From Octopus vulgaris (taxonomy: Eukaryota), in the NCBI GenBank assembly GCA_951406725.2, contig OX597819.1:111352001-111416000 (forward strand): a DNA stretch of 64,000 bases, read 5' to 3'. Every line of letters begins with the position of its first letter. The first letter of the stretch is position 1. Below, one piece after another: positions 27,254-40,280 of the stretch. A model generated the notes under the pieces. The model saw only the letters and a list, made by a program, of their open reading frames with translations. It made no database searches and was not told the DNA's origin. A program made the position numbers and the translations under genes.

Positions 27254-27569
27254 AATGTGTGTATGACAAATGAGAGAAACGAAAAAAAAAAATGGAATTC
27301 ACGAGATTCTCTATTAGTCACTATGATCGTTTCGACACATCTGCATCCGTCCCTCGTGGGGATACTATACAACTGTTTATGGTACATCCTTCGGTGCAGA
27401 CGTGTCTCGTCAGGTGACTTTTCAAAAAAGGTACCACATTCAAAATATTCCTGTCTCGCTTCGTTCGACTATCTTTTAGCGCCCCCCTCCTCACACTTAT
27501 ATTTAGATACATACGTAGACATTATGTCTGCTGAAACCTCCTTCGGTCATGACTATGGGATTTCGCTTT

Positions 27570-28082
27570 TTTTGTGTGGCTTTCTCACCTTGAATAATTG
27601 CTTCAATGCGCCTGGGAAGAGATGCCTACAAATCCTTCACCATCTTCATAGGAATGAAATGCCATTCTCTGTGGCTGATTTCCCACAACTCTTCAAGATT
27701 GCGAGGATTCTTCTGACGAACTGTTCTCTGTAGTTCTTTCCACATTTGCTCGATGATATATAAATCAGAGCTCTGAGCTGGCCAATCTATCAATGCGGTA
27801 ACGCTTTCATCAGCCAGACTCTGTTGTGTTGCACGCGATCTGTGGCATGGAGCTCCGACACGCTATAAAGAATCTCAGTTTCCTCCAAGACTGCTATCAA
27901 ATTGTCTTCCAGCAACTGAATGTATTTGGCACTATTCAAGTTGCCGTCAAGTTTAGCCAACTTTCATGAACCATCACTTTTTATGTAGTCCCAAAACATC
28001 ACTTTTACCCCCCAAACCTAACTGTTTTCGCCGTGCAACGTGGGTAATTTCGTTTTCCTGGAGGCCTTCTGACAAATTTTAA
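27570..28082 (-). pseudogene. Tc1-like transposase C-terminal fragment
   Basis: VRRPPGKRNYPRCTAKTVRFGG..GAPCHRSR..DWPAQSSDLYIIEQMWKELQR..NLEELW. Confidence 0.8.
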
Positions 28083-28518
28083 GCTTGCTTCCCGACCACA
28101 TGGTTCCGGGTTCAGTCCCACTGAGTGGCACTTTGGGCAATTGTCTTCTACTATACCCTCAGGTAGACCAAATCCTTGTGGGTGGATCTTGGAAGACCAA
28201 AACTGAAAGAAGTCTGCCGTATATATATATACACACACATACACACACACACACACACATATATATATTTATACACACACGCACACATATTTATATGTAT
28301 GTATTTATTTGTGTGTTTATCATCCTACCATCACTCGACAACAGATGTTGGTGTGTTTATATCACCATAACTTAACAGTTCGGCAAAAGAAACCGATAGG
28401 ATAAGTACTAGTCTTACAAAGATTAAGTCCTGCGGTCGATTTGTTCTACTAAAGCCCCTTAAGTTGCTTCTCCAGCATGCCCGCAGTAAAATGACTGAAA
28501 CAAGTAAAAGAATAAAGG
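28081..28518 (+). mobile_element. SINE family A (5'-clipped)
   Basis: Homology to 2513-2978. Confidence 0.85.
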
Positions 28519-28712
28519 AAAATACATATTTTGTGAATATTTTGCAGAAGCAACAGAGTTACTCAAGTGTGTAGAGCACTTTCCTTCAGAGTTTCGTGTG
28601 TAGAGCACTTTCCTGTTTATGGTTGAATATACACGAACGTGTGTTCCAGACGAGGGAAACCAATCAGTAAAATATAACCGAATAAGGACAACACGAAACA
28701 GTAACATACAAG

Positions 28713-28756
<44 letters not shown>

Positions 28757-28903
28757 GCTGTTGCTGCTGCTGCTACTACTACTAATACTAATACTAATAC
28801 TAATACTAATACTAATACTAATACTGATACTACTGCTGCTGCTGCTGTTGTTGATGACGATGATATTACTACGTTTACAACCGTAGCTTAATCAAATAGT
28901 ATC

Positions 28904-29024
<121 letters not shown>

Positions 29025-29025
29025 A

Positions 29026-29056
<31 letters not shown>

Positions 29057-29784
29057 AAGAAGAAGAAGAAGAAGAAGAGCAACAACAACAACAACAATAA
29101 CAACAACAAGAATTGGTGAGTGTAACTCGAAAAAAAGTTTTGGTACGAATATCGAGAAAAACCCATGCAAAACCTTGGCCTAAGCCACCACCGAAACCGA
29201 AACCACTGCGAGAATGTTACCAACAATATTTACCACAACAACAACAATAATAGCAACAACGACAAGCAGAACAAGAACAATCATCACTTCCATAAACAAT
29301 ACCCAAAGCCAAAAGCAGCAACAACAACGGTAACAACAACAAGAACAACAACAAAAACAGCAATAATCATAACAAATATAAAAGTCCAATGAGAATGGTA
29401 AGAACGGCATCAGCCAAGAAGCCAATTGTGGAAACAGTTCCAACTCACATATCGACATAAGTGTAGTTGGAACATATTTCTAAAGCTATTGAGAAACGAA
29501 AACGGTGTGACGATGATGGTGGCGGTGGTGGTGGCGGTGGTGGTGGTGGTTGTGGCGGCGGAGAAAATAAACTCATTTCGTTCACGAGATAAAAAGGAAC
29601 TGGAAAACAACAAATAAACATGTAAATATATTATAAACACTAAACAAAGAATTGCATACATGAAAAGAGAGACAGATCTATTGAAATACATTAATTCGTG
29701 CATGCATATATATATATATACATACGCATACACGAATTAATGTATATATATGTATAAATGTATGTATGTATATGTATGTATAAC

Positions 29785-29815
<31 letters not shown>

Positions 29816-29820
29816 ATATA

Positions 29821-29865
<45 letters not shown>

Positions 29866-30007
29866 TATATATACATGCATACATATGTATGCATATATAT
29901 ATACATATATACATATACAGATGGAAAGAGAGAGCCATATATATCCCTCAACCTCTCTCTTTGTGTGTGTTTGTGTATATATATATATATATAAAATTAC
30001 GTATATG

Positions 30008-30061
<54 letters not shown>

Positions 30062-30715
30062 CATACACACACACATATATGTATATATATATATATATAT
30101 ATATACACACAGACATATATATGTACACAAGTGGAAAGGAATGTTTGCATATGTATTTATGAATGTATGTATATATCGCATACCACCCTCAAAAATATAG
30201 AACAAAATAGTGGGTGTAGGGGGGAAGAAGATGGGGGGTGGGGAGAAACAAAAGAATTGCTAGGAAGAAACAAGAAAAGACGTGTTGGCTCCGAGCTAAC
30301 CTATATCACTACAAAACTATTATTACAATAAGAGGCGCAGAAGAAAAATAAAACAACGCAAACGTTACAACAAAACAAGAGGTATTAACAATATCAATAT
30401 CACACACGCAAAGAACAATAACATGATGAAGATGATGATGATGATGATGATGATGAAGGGTAAGAAAAGAATATGAGCGAGACATAGAAAATATGGTTGC
30501 TAATGTTAAAAGCAACAGCATCGACGATGATGATGATGATGATAATGATGATGATGATAATGATAACGAAAATGGTGAAGCTAAACAGCGACGACGATGG
30601 AATAAAGAATAAATAAGCAACATTAAGAAGAACATTGATGAAATTGAAAAATTTCTTGGCGACAAGGACGCTGATGACGACAACGATTGAAATCGATGTA
30701 AAAGAGATGTGGTGC

Positions 30716-30758
<43 letters not shown>

Positions 30759-31172
30759 TGTGTATGTGTGTGTGTGTGTGTGTTTGTGTGTGAGTGCATT
30801 TAGTAGTTGTTTTTTTTGTTTTGGTTTTGGAGTTTTGATTTTGTTCATTTTGTTTGTTTTTTGTTTTATTTTGTTGTTGTTGTTGTTTGTTTTTTTTTAA
30901 ATAAAATATGATAATATTCGCTTGTTGAAAGCAGAAAGGATTTGCCTGCCGAACACATACATATTCATATTAATAAAAGGCATGCACAAACAGACACGCG
31001 CGTACACGTGCACACTCACACGCACACATGACGTAACTATATATAACATACGTATATGTAAGTGCTTGTTTATACATATATATACATATATACATATATA
31101 CACACATATAGACATATATATATATATATATATATAGATATGCATATGTACATATGCTAGTCATATATATAG

Positions 31173-31253
<81 letters not shown>

Positions 31254-31449
31254 TATGTACATATGTTTGTTTGTATATATGCATGTATCAATATATATAT
31301 ACATATATATACATGCATACGTATATATATATATACATACAGAGAAAGAGTTATAAATGTATATATATGTATGAGTGTGTATATGTACGCATACGAGTAT
31401 ATATAAATATGTATGTGTGTATATGTATATATATTTATATATATATATG

Positions 31450-31499
<50 letters not shown>

Positions 31500-32110
31500 A
31501 TATATATAGGTATGTATATGCGTATGTATGAATTTCTTTATATACACGTATATGCACATGATTGTATTTCTATAAATTTTCACACACATACAAGCTGGAG
31601 AAGATAGAAAAGAGAGCTGTACAATGTTTTGTAACGTTTTCAGTTTCCTTTGTAGAAGGTTTTTGAAAAATGCTTTTTGTTGTTGTTGATAATATTTTTA
31701 TTGTCGTTATTACAGATATCCAGATACTTGTGCATGCTTCTTAGTAATATTGTATTATATAGTATGTATGCATCACGGATGATATTCTTTAGGTATTTCC
31801 GTTACCTGGTTATATATATAAGCGCATACGTTTCTGTTTGTGTTTGTGGAAGTATATTTTAGTTTCAATTTTATGTGATTACACCAATGCGCATCCGTAT
31901 ATTTCGCATTTTTCTTATTTATTTCATGTTTTCTTGCCATTATCTTTCTGCTTAATATGACTAACTACTTGTTTATCTGCCCATTTCCTATCTAACTACC
32001 TTATTTTTCTAGCTCCTGATTAATAACGTTTTCCTTTTTTTTTCTCTATATGCCAACATACACGTTTATTACACGCACACACAAACAAACAAATATATAT
32101 TAGCACGCAT

Positions 32111-32141
<31 letters not shown>

Positions 32142-32219
32142 GGTGTCTGCTGTCTGTCAGTCTGTTTATCCATCTCTCTCTCTCTCAATCTATCTATCTA
32201 TCTATCAATATATATATGC

Positions 32220-32260
<41 letters not shown>

Positions 32261-32290
32261 GCGTATATATATATATATATATATATATAT

Positions 32291-32394
32291 GTAAATGTAA
32301 TATATGACAATTATTCGGTAGCCATGATAAAACTCCGAGTTTCGGATGCTATCGAGGTCTCTTTCATTCTTTTGTGGTCTTACCATCTTTATCA

Positions 32395-32397
<3 letters not shown>
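32291..32397 (-). mobile_element. Internally deleted copy of HHR unit family H7
   Basis: Both ends match 63305-63558; retains CAUCC-GAAA-CUCGGAG-UU-UUAUC; (TA)n on both sides. Confidence 0.6.
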
Positions 32398-32453
<56 letters not shown>

Positions 32454-33218
32454 TGTATACATACACACACACATCTCTCTCTCTGTGTCTCTCTCTCTCT
32501 ATATATATATATAAAATGTATATGCATGTACATATTAGATATTCATATATCATCACCTCCAAATTCTTGCTCCACCTCCCAACATTCAGCGCTTAGAAAG
32601 ATATCAGAACCGTTTTGTATGCATCTGGGTTCTTCTGAGAATTTGTCACGTCTTCCTTTTGTTTCAATCTAAAACACTACGAAAACAATAACTACGTACA
32701 TACACACACACACTTACACACACAGATAGGCACACATATAAACAAATGCATATGCAAGCACATACAAACATATGTACATACATATCCACATTTGTACATA
32801 CATACACACACACATTTATAGATTTGCAGTATATGCACACAGATACACACACACACATATATGTATATATACACCAACATACATATCCACGTACAAGTAA
32901 ATATACATGTATACATACATACATATATAAATATATACACACATATATACACACATATATATATATACTTACATATCTATATAGATATATATGTATATAT
33001 ATAATTACACACACATACATATATATATACACAGACAGATACATACAAATATATATATATATATATATGCATATACATACACATATAAACAAAAAAGGAA
33101 ACATCGGCTCTAACATTTATAATAGAAAACATGGAGCCTTACAGTCACATAAACATTCAGACAAAAGCACACTCAAAACTGCAAAGGGAGAGAAAGAGAG
33201 GAGTGTGAAAGGAAATAC

Positions 33219-33263
<45 letters not shown>

Positions 33264-33480
33264 GATAGACGGGAGGAGAGAGTGAGTGAGAGAGAAAAAG
33301 AGGGAGTAATATATGTATGTGTAAGTGTTTTTACTCGTTTGTGTCTTGTATCAGTTTGTAATTGTGTATCATGCGTGTCATCAAAGAAAACATGAATATA
33401 CCAAGGCAGCTGTAAAACACATAAGCATGTCATTTGGAATAGTCTGTTGTATAGATATGCATACATACGAACGTATCTAC

Positions 33481-33517
<37 letters not shown>

Positions 33518-33769
33518 TTTAACAATTAAGGATAACTTCTTAATAAGGAATCTTAACAAGAAATTATCAGGTAGATAGCGTGAAAAACCTCATAAGAGAA
33601 AAATTTCGAAAATAATTCTTTCTTATTGAACATATTAATTTATATATAGAGGGCATTATTACACAAACATGCCACACGCTATGAGGGACATTAGTCATTT
33701 CTACCAAAAAATTTTACTAATCATACCCAATGCAATTTTTCCAAAGCTAGACATTTAAAAAATGAATTT

Positions 33770-33831
33770 AGTCTTGTATCACCTGTGATTTCGTACTTAT
33801 CGCAGTTTCGACCGTACTCATCAGCAAGACT
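33770..33831 (-). ncRNA. Canonical type I hammerhead ribozyme
   Basis: Exact reverse complement of 34185-34246. Confidence 0.88.
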
Positions 33832-34184
33832 GATTCTGAACATATCATAAATAAACGAACCTGTACCGTCAAAGCCGAACAGCTATCTGTTCAACCTTAA
33901 CGACGCACATGGGGAACTTTACATATAATACATCCGGTAAATGGCAGGCTTCTTCGAATTGCATTTCGGGTAGGAAAAGTTTTTTCGGAATAAAATTATT
34001 TAACAATTAAGGATAACTTCTTAATAAGGAATCTTAACAAGAAATTATCAGGTAGATAGCGTGAAAAACCTCATAAGAGAAAAATTTCGAAAATAATTCT
34101 TTCTTATTGAACATATTAAGGTTGAACAGATAACTGTTCGGCTTTGACGGTACAGGTTCGTTTATTTATGATATGTTCAGAATC

Positions 34185-34246
34185 AGTCTTGCTGATGAGT
34201 ACGGTCGAAACTGCGATAAGTACGAAATCACAGGTGATACAAGACT
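34185..34246 (+). ncRNA. Canonical type I hammerhead ribozyme
   Basis: AGUCUUG-CUGAUGA-GUAC[17-nt loop]GUAC-GAAA-UCAC ag GUGA-U-A-CAAGACU; 7-bp stem I; predicted cleavage after A34239. Confidence 0.9.
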
Positions 34247-34367
34247 AAATTCATTTTTTAAATGTCTAGCTTTGGAAAAATTGCATTGGGTATGATTAGT
34301 AAAATTTTTTGGTAGAAATGACTAATGTCCCTCTTAGCGTGTGGCATGTTTGTGTAATAATGCCCTC

Positions 34368-34400
<33 letters not shown>

Positions 34401-34420
34401 GTTATAAACATATAAATGCT

Positions 34421-34579
34421 TAGGTGTAGCTGTGTAGTAAGTAGGTTGCTTGCCACCCACATGGTTCCGTGTTCAGTTCCACTGCGTGTCAGCTCGGACG
34501 AGTGTCTTCTACTATAGCCTCGGGCCGACCAAACCTTCGTGTGTGGATTTGGTAGACGGAAACTGAAAGAAGTCCGTCG

Positions 34580-34652
<73 letters not shown>

Positions 34653-34783
34653 ATAGATAGATAGATAGATAGACAGACAGACAAACAGAGAGACACAAAG
34701 AATAGGTCCCGGGGTCGATTTGTTCGACAACTGGCGGTGCTCCAGCGTGACCGCAGTTAAATGACTGAAACAAGTAAAAGAAT
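34421..34783 (+). mobile_element. SINE family A (internally deleted)
   Basis: Head, core, compound microsatellite, tail. Confidence 0.85.
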
Positions 34784-35161
34784 GTATCTTTTGCGTGGGA
34801 GTAGATGTGTATTTGGACAGTGCCCATTATTGTAGGTAACCTTATACGCGGGCACTCAAACACTGATACACACGCGACTATATATCCTTTCTGACTTTTA
34901 TTTGTCTTAGTCATCAGACAGCGGCCATGCTGGGGCACCTCCTTGAAGAATTTTAGACCGCTAAGTTTTTGTTCTGCTTAAAATTGTTTATTCTTTTATT
35001 CTTTTATTCTTTTACTTGTTTCAGTCATTTGATTGCAGCCATGCTGGAGCACCGATACTTAAGGTTGTTAGTTCTAGTATTTGTTTGTGTTATAGGGTAA
35101 ATGCTGAGCTGGTTGAAATTAGATTGCACAGTATGAGCCCCGCTGAATATGTGACGTGTGT

Positions 35162-35960
35162 TAAGACAGCGTGTTGGCAGAAACGTTAGCACGCCGGGCG
35201 AAATGCTTAGCGGTATCTCGTCTACCGCTACGTTCTGAGTTCAAATTCCGCCGAGGTCGACTTTGCCTTTCATCCTTTTGGAGTCGATAAATAAAGTACC
35301 AGTTACGCACTGCGGTGGATTTAATCAGCTTAATCCGTCTGGCTGTCCTTGTTTGTCCTCTCTGTGTTTAGCCCCTTGTGGGTAGTAAAGAAATAGAGAT
35401 TTCCTCTGTCGCTACGTTCTGAGTTCAAATTCCGCCGAGGTCGACTTTGCCTTTCATCCTTTCAGGGTCGATTAATTAAGCACCAGTTACGTACTGGAGT
35501 CGATGTAATCGACTTAATACCTTTGTCTGTCCTTGTTTGTCCCCTCTATATTTAGCCCCTTGTGGGCAATAAAGAAATAAGAAACGTTAGCACGCAGGGC
35601 GAAATGCTTAGCTATATTTTATCTGCCACTACGTTCTGAGTTTAACTTCCGTCGAGGTCGACTTTGCCTTTCATCCTTTCGAGGTCGATTAAATAAGTAC
35701 CAGTTACGCACTGGGGTCGATATAATCGACTTAATCCCTTTGTCTGTCCTTGTTTGTCCCCTCTGTGTTTAGCCCCTTGTGGGTAGTAAAGAAATAGGTA
35801 TTTCGTGTGTCTTAACGTTCTGAGTTCAAATTATGGCGAGGTCGACTTTGCCTTTCATCCTTTCGGGGTCGATAAATTAAGTACCATTTGCACACTGGGG
35901 TTGATCTAATCGACTGGTCTCCTTCCCCAAAATTTCAAGCCTTGTGCCTAAAGTAGAACA
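35162..35960 (+). mobile_element. Meta-SINE-like family B tetramer
   Basis: Four tandem central domains; flanked by the 16-bp direct repeat GAATAT(G/T)TGACGTGTG (35145-35160, 35961-35976). Confidence 0.88.
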
Positions 35961-36804
35961 GAATATTTGACGTGTGGCACTCCTAATGCGCATTAGTGAA
36001 CTTTCCAGTTGTATAAGGATTTGTCTGCGTGGTTACATTTAGTGAACACCTCCTTTCTTAGCGTTTATGTATGGCTATGATATCATAAGAAGTCTCCACT
36101 ATTTTGACCTCACATTTTGTAGGTGCGGCTTCAAAACGTCGTGAAATTTACTTCGTTGATGGAGCTGAAAGATGACTCGTAGCTGTAAAATCTTTGCATT
36201 GTATATTTCTACACTGTTGCCTTAGCAATATTCTTATCCACCGTACTCTTTGGGTAGCTTAGGAAAGCTTCAGCCTCGTACGCTACCTTTCATTGTATTT
36301 TTGTTATAACGCATTTCTGAAGGAACAAATCTGCAATAATCTGATTGACAGGTTTGCTTCGGATTATTCCTTTCATATTGCGATGATAATTATAATTGAT
36401 CTTTAAAGAACACGTACTAAAAATTGTTTTTTGTATTTATGACTTCAGGGTAATATTCTTGAACCTTCTTCTCCCTAGTTCATGTTAGCGTTGTAAAAGT
36501 ACGAAAAGTAAGAGTAAACCATATTATTTTTTCTTGGATCCATTTCTTTTCTTTGGAAAAGAAGCGTTATATATCCACGTACTAGTATTAGCTATACGAC
36601 ACTCAAACACACTGGCAAGTGTTATTCAGTTGGGTTATAAAAGTGTTTCTAAATATGAAAATTTTGGATTAGGGAAGCATCAAAGAATCACCATTAGCTA
36701 AGTCAGTGATCGCCGTAACTTTGCGTTTTATGCCATAAAAATAACTATGAAACATGTTCTAAAGGTATCTAGAGGGAGACCATCATAGCAGTACGATACG
36801 GCTA

Positions 36805-36856
<52 letters not shown>

Positions 36857-37049
36857 GCAGACAAACAGACAGACAGAGACAGATATATAGCTTGATAGAC
36901 AGACAGACAAACAGATAGACACACGGATGGACGGGCGGATGTGCGGGCGGACAGATGGACGGACGGATAGACAGACAAACAGACAAACAGATGGATGGAT
37001 GGATAGATAGATAGATGGACAAACAGAGAAATAGACAGACAGACAGACA

Positions 37050-37272
37050 GACACAGAGTGTGAGAAGGCTGGCCCTTTGAAATACAAGTACAACAGAAAC
37101 AGGAAGAAAGAGTTGTGGTGAAAGAGTACAGCAGGGTTCACCACCACTCCCTGCCGGAGCCTCGTGTAGCTTTAGGTGTTTTCGTTCAATAAACACTCAC
37201 AACGCCAGGTCTGGGAATCGAAACCGCGATCCTAAGACCGCGACTCTGCTGCCCTAACCACTGGGCGCCTCC
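37050..37272 (-). mobile_element. SINE with family C head and family D downstream module
   Basis: Head matches 5858-6128; GACACAGAGTGTGAGAAGGCTGGCCCTTTGAAATACAAGTACAAC matches ~5087-5130. Confidence 0.8.
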
Positions 37273-37475
37273 AAACATAAACATATTTTAAACACAATTA
37301 TTAAAACACTCACTACCAACAAAGCTTATGCTGGTCTAACGACTAATAATATAAAATAACTTAACCATGAACTAGACTTTTAATTAACATAATGCAATTA
37401 ACATGAATTCCACTCCTCGACAGCGAATGACGACTACAACTTCTTCGTCCACGCTATCCGACGCTCTTGCCCGGC

Positions 37476-37990
37476 TTTTTTAAAATCTAGTTTCAGCTCA
37501 CGAGCTGTGGCCATGCTGGGGACACCGCCATTCGGTGTTGCTACGTGATTTTACTTCACGAATGCTTTTTAGCAATTGACATTTGGTGAATGAGATAGTT
37601 TGATGCAGCTTCCCTCATTTGCACCTCCTGCCGTGAAGTTGGTTCATCTGGGACACCTGACAGGAAGAGATCCAGTTTTATTTTAAAAACATCTGCATCC
37701 ACCCCATGCAGGTCTCTCAGGTCCTTCAGGTCCTTCAGGATGATATTGAAGAGCTGTGGACCTCTGAAACCCAGGCTATCACAGTATCTTGTCCTACATC
37801 TTGATGGCAAATTTGGAGTCCTTGGCACTATGCAGTGGCGCCCAGTTCTAGTATTTGTGTAACTCTCGATGCCAAAGTTTGGGACAAGTCCTTCCAGGAT
37901 CTTCCAGATGTATATTATGGCATATCTTTCTCGCCTACGCTCTAAGGAATGGTCTTAATCTCTTGAGTCTTTTCCAATAGCTTATAGGTT
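37476..37990 (-). mobile_element. CR1/L2-like LINE 3' end (ORF2 C-terminus plus tail)
   Basis: SLERRRERYAIIYIWKILEGLVPNFGI..GPQLFN..FKIKLDLFLSGVPDEP; tail GGCGGTGTCCCCAGCATGGCCACAGCTCGTGAGCTGAAAC; clade assignment approximate. Confidence 0.8.
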
Positions 37991-38600
37991 GGATATTTGC
38001 ATCTTGGATTTACAGCTTCCATTGCAGCCGACCGTTGAATATGATCAGCTTCTGTTAGGGACACAGTGAAGTCGTTGGTCGGAGCCTGCTCCACCAGCCC
38101 TGGATGAATGATGCTGCAAGTAAACTGCTACAAAATTTTTTATATGGTTAACCATAAGATTTTCAAATTTCACTGTAAGTCTCACCTTGATATGCCCCAG
38201 TTTTCTTAATTTACTTATACCTATAACTTCAAGATGGAAATACGTGGGTAGGGATGGGTTTTTTTTATTTCTTAATTTTCTATTTTCTATTTCTTCCAAC
38301 AGAAATCAATTGACGATTACGATGTCCGAATCAATAATGGATTCGTGATATAAATAAGTAATTCCTGAATTTACCATAAACGCTCAGACATAATACCAAT
38401 CACTCCTACGGATTTAATTATTTCCTTTTAATCTTACCCAGTTAATATAATGTTTCTTTTTAGTCGATCGATAATACGATGAGAATATCGATTTTTAACT
38501 GATTAACTTAATATTTGAGATTTTGGTTTGTTGGAGGTCTTTAACCTTCTCTATTTTTATAGATGAAATATTTTGTGTTTGTCGCTTTCTTTTCATTATG

Positions 38601-38691
<91 letters not shown>

Positions 38692-39051
38692 CATCATCAT
38701 CATCATCATCATCATTATCATTTTGTTTTTATGCTTATCAATACTATGCTATCAATACAGAATGTTTAACTGTTTTATAAAATGTTAGAGATACTGGTTG
38801 CATTTAGGTCTTTAACCTTCTAGAAACAAAATCTATAAATAAATCAATGTAACAATACAACGTATTTATATGAATTTATATAACAATAGATCTTCCACAG
38901 TTTTACAGTAAATTAGCGAGATAGACTTGGATAAATTTAAAATTACTTAGCCAAATCAATGGAGCATAATAATGTCCATTTGCTCTCATAAACGATCTCT
39001 TTCTATTTGACTCGCATGTTTAAACTCTTTAAGGGATTCCTTTATATTATA

Positions 39052-40280
39052 CGAGGGGAAGTCAAAATTGTCCATACTTCTACCAAAACTTTCTTCAGGC
39101 TGACTGCATTGCTTTCAGCTCTTGTATGCTAAAATTTGGTACTTTTGTTGTTATGTAACAAAGGTTTGACCCTGATTACTCTAGTTTCTTTCTATGTGTT
39201 ACAGAGCAAACATGGTCGCTCCACTGGCAGTATGCATCAAGAAGGATAGATCAGTGTCCCGATTTCTCTGGTCTGAAGGTGTGCCAGGGACTGAAATTCA
39301 TCGCGGGCTTTGAGTATAATACGAGGGACAGCGCTCTACAACGTAGATATGTGTATGAGTGAATCGATAAGTTTAAAAAGGGACGGATAAGCGTGAAGAG
39401 GGAGCAGAACCTCCATCAATCTCCACCGTTGACGTGAAGATTCAACAAACTCGAGAGATAGTTCTGGCGAACTAATGAATGACCTTCCATGAGGGGGCAT
39501 GTTCTCTGCAAATTAATCATGGTTCTGCCTTACAAATTCATTCAGAACAAGCTTCGCTTCCTCCGTAATGTCTGTGAGATTGGTGTCAAAAAAGCTTGCC
39601 GAAGCGCATAAACGCAATCGTGTGATCTGTCAACGCTTGATCGACTGCAACAACGATGAAGTGGGAGCTTTCTTTGAGAAAGTAGTCAAAGGCGATGAAA
39701 CCTGGGTTCATCACTTTGAGCTAGTGTCCTAAAGGTAGAGTATGGAGTGGGAACACCTGGAATTACCAGCAGAAAAGAAATTCAAGACTCAACCTTCCCC
39801 CGAAAAAGTGATGCTAACCCTTTTAGGAGATGCAGAAACATTAGTTGGAAAAGGGGTCTACAGTCACCAATGTATGCTGCATTGGTGCAATTCGCATCAA
39901 ACGCTGAGGTTTATAATCAAAGCAATTGATATTGTTGCACATACGGCCGCCCACATCGTTTAAACCATTGAAAAATTGGGTTTTGAGTTGCCAGAACACC
40001 CTGCACACAGACCAAATCTCGTGCTTTCCGACTAATACTTCTTTGGACTGATCAAACATACTTTATGAGGTTGTCCATTTACTACGGACGAAGAAGGACC
40101 GGTAGCGGTACATAAATGGCTACGCGACAAGCTGGAAACCTTCTTCTCCGATCGAATAAGCAAGCGTGTGGACCGCTGGAAAAACTGCCCCGAAAACCAA
40201 GGAGACCATGTCGAAAAATGATATAATTGTTTAAACGATGCTTTTGTTTTAGTAAGTCACAGAAATAAAATTTTTCACTT
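39052..40280 (+). mobile_element. Decayed mariner transposon
   Basis: TA|CGAGGGGAAGTCAAAA start; GDETWVHHFE..SMEWEH..KKFKTQPSPEKVMLT..HPAHRPNLVLSD; many stops and frameshifts; right end approximate. Confidence 0.88.

Larger units (their letters stand above)
33513..34378. mobile_element. Penelope-pLTR/retrozyme-like insertion with direct and inverted duplications (family H5)
   Basis: Direct repeat 33513-33638/33994-34119; inverted repeat 33638-33900/34116-34378 (2 mismatches seen); HHR in each arm; (TA)n flanks. Confidence 0.85.

Noticed and set aside
35162-35960. Regularly spaced repeats resembling a CRISPR array
   Set aside because: Units are ~200-bp SINE modules with no unique spacers; eukaryotic context
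35060-36400. Possible decayed LINE AP-endonuclease remnant (TGKFTNAH resembling GDFNAH) split by the SINE tetramer
   Set aside because: Too degenerate to support by eye
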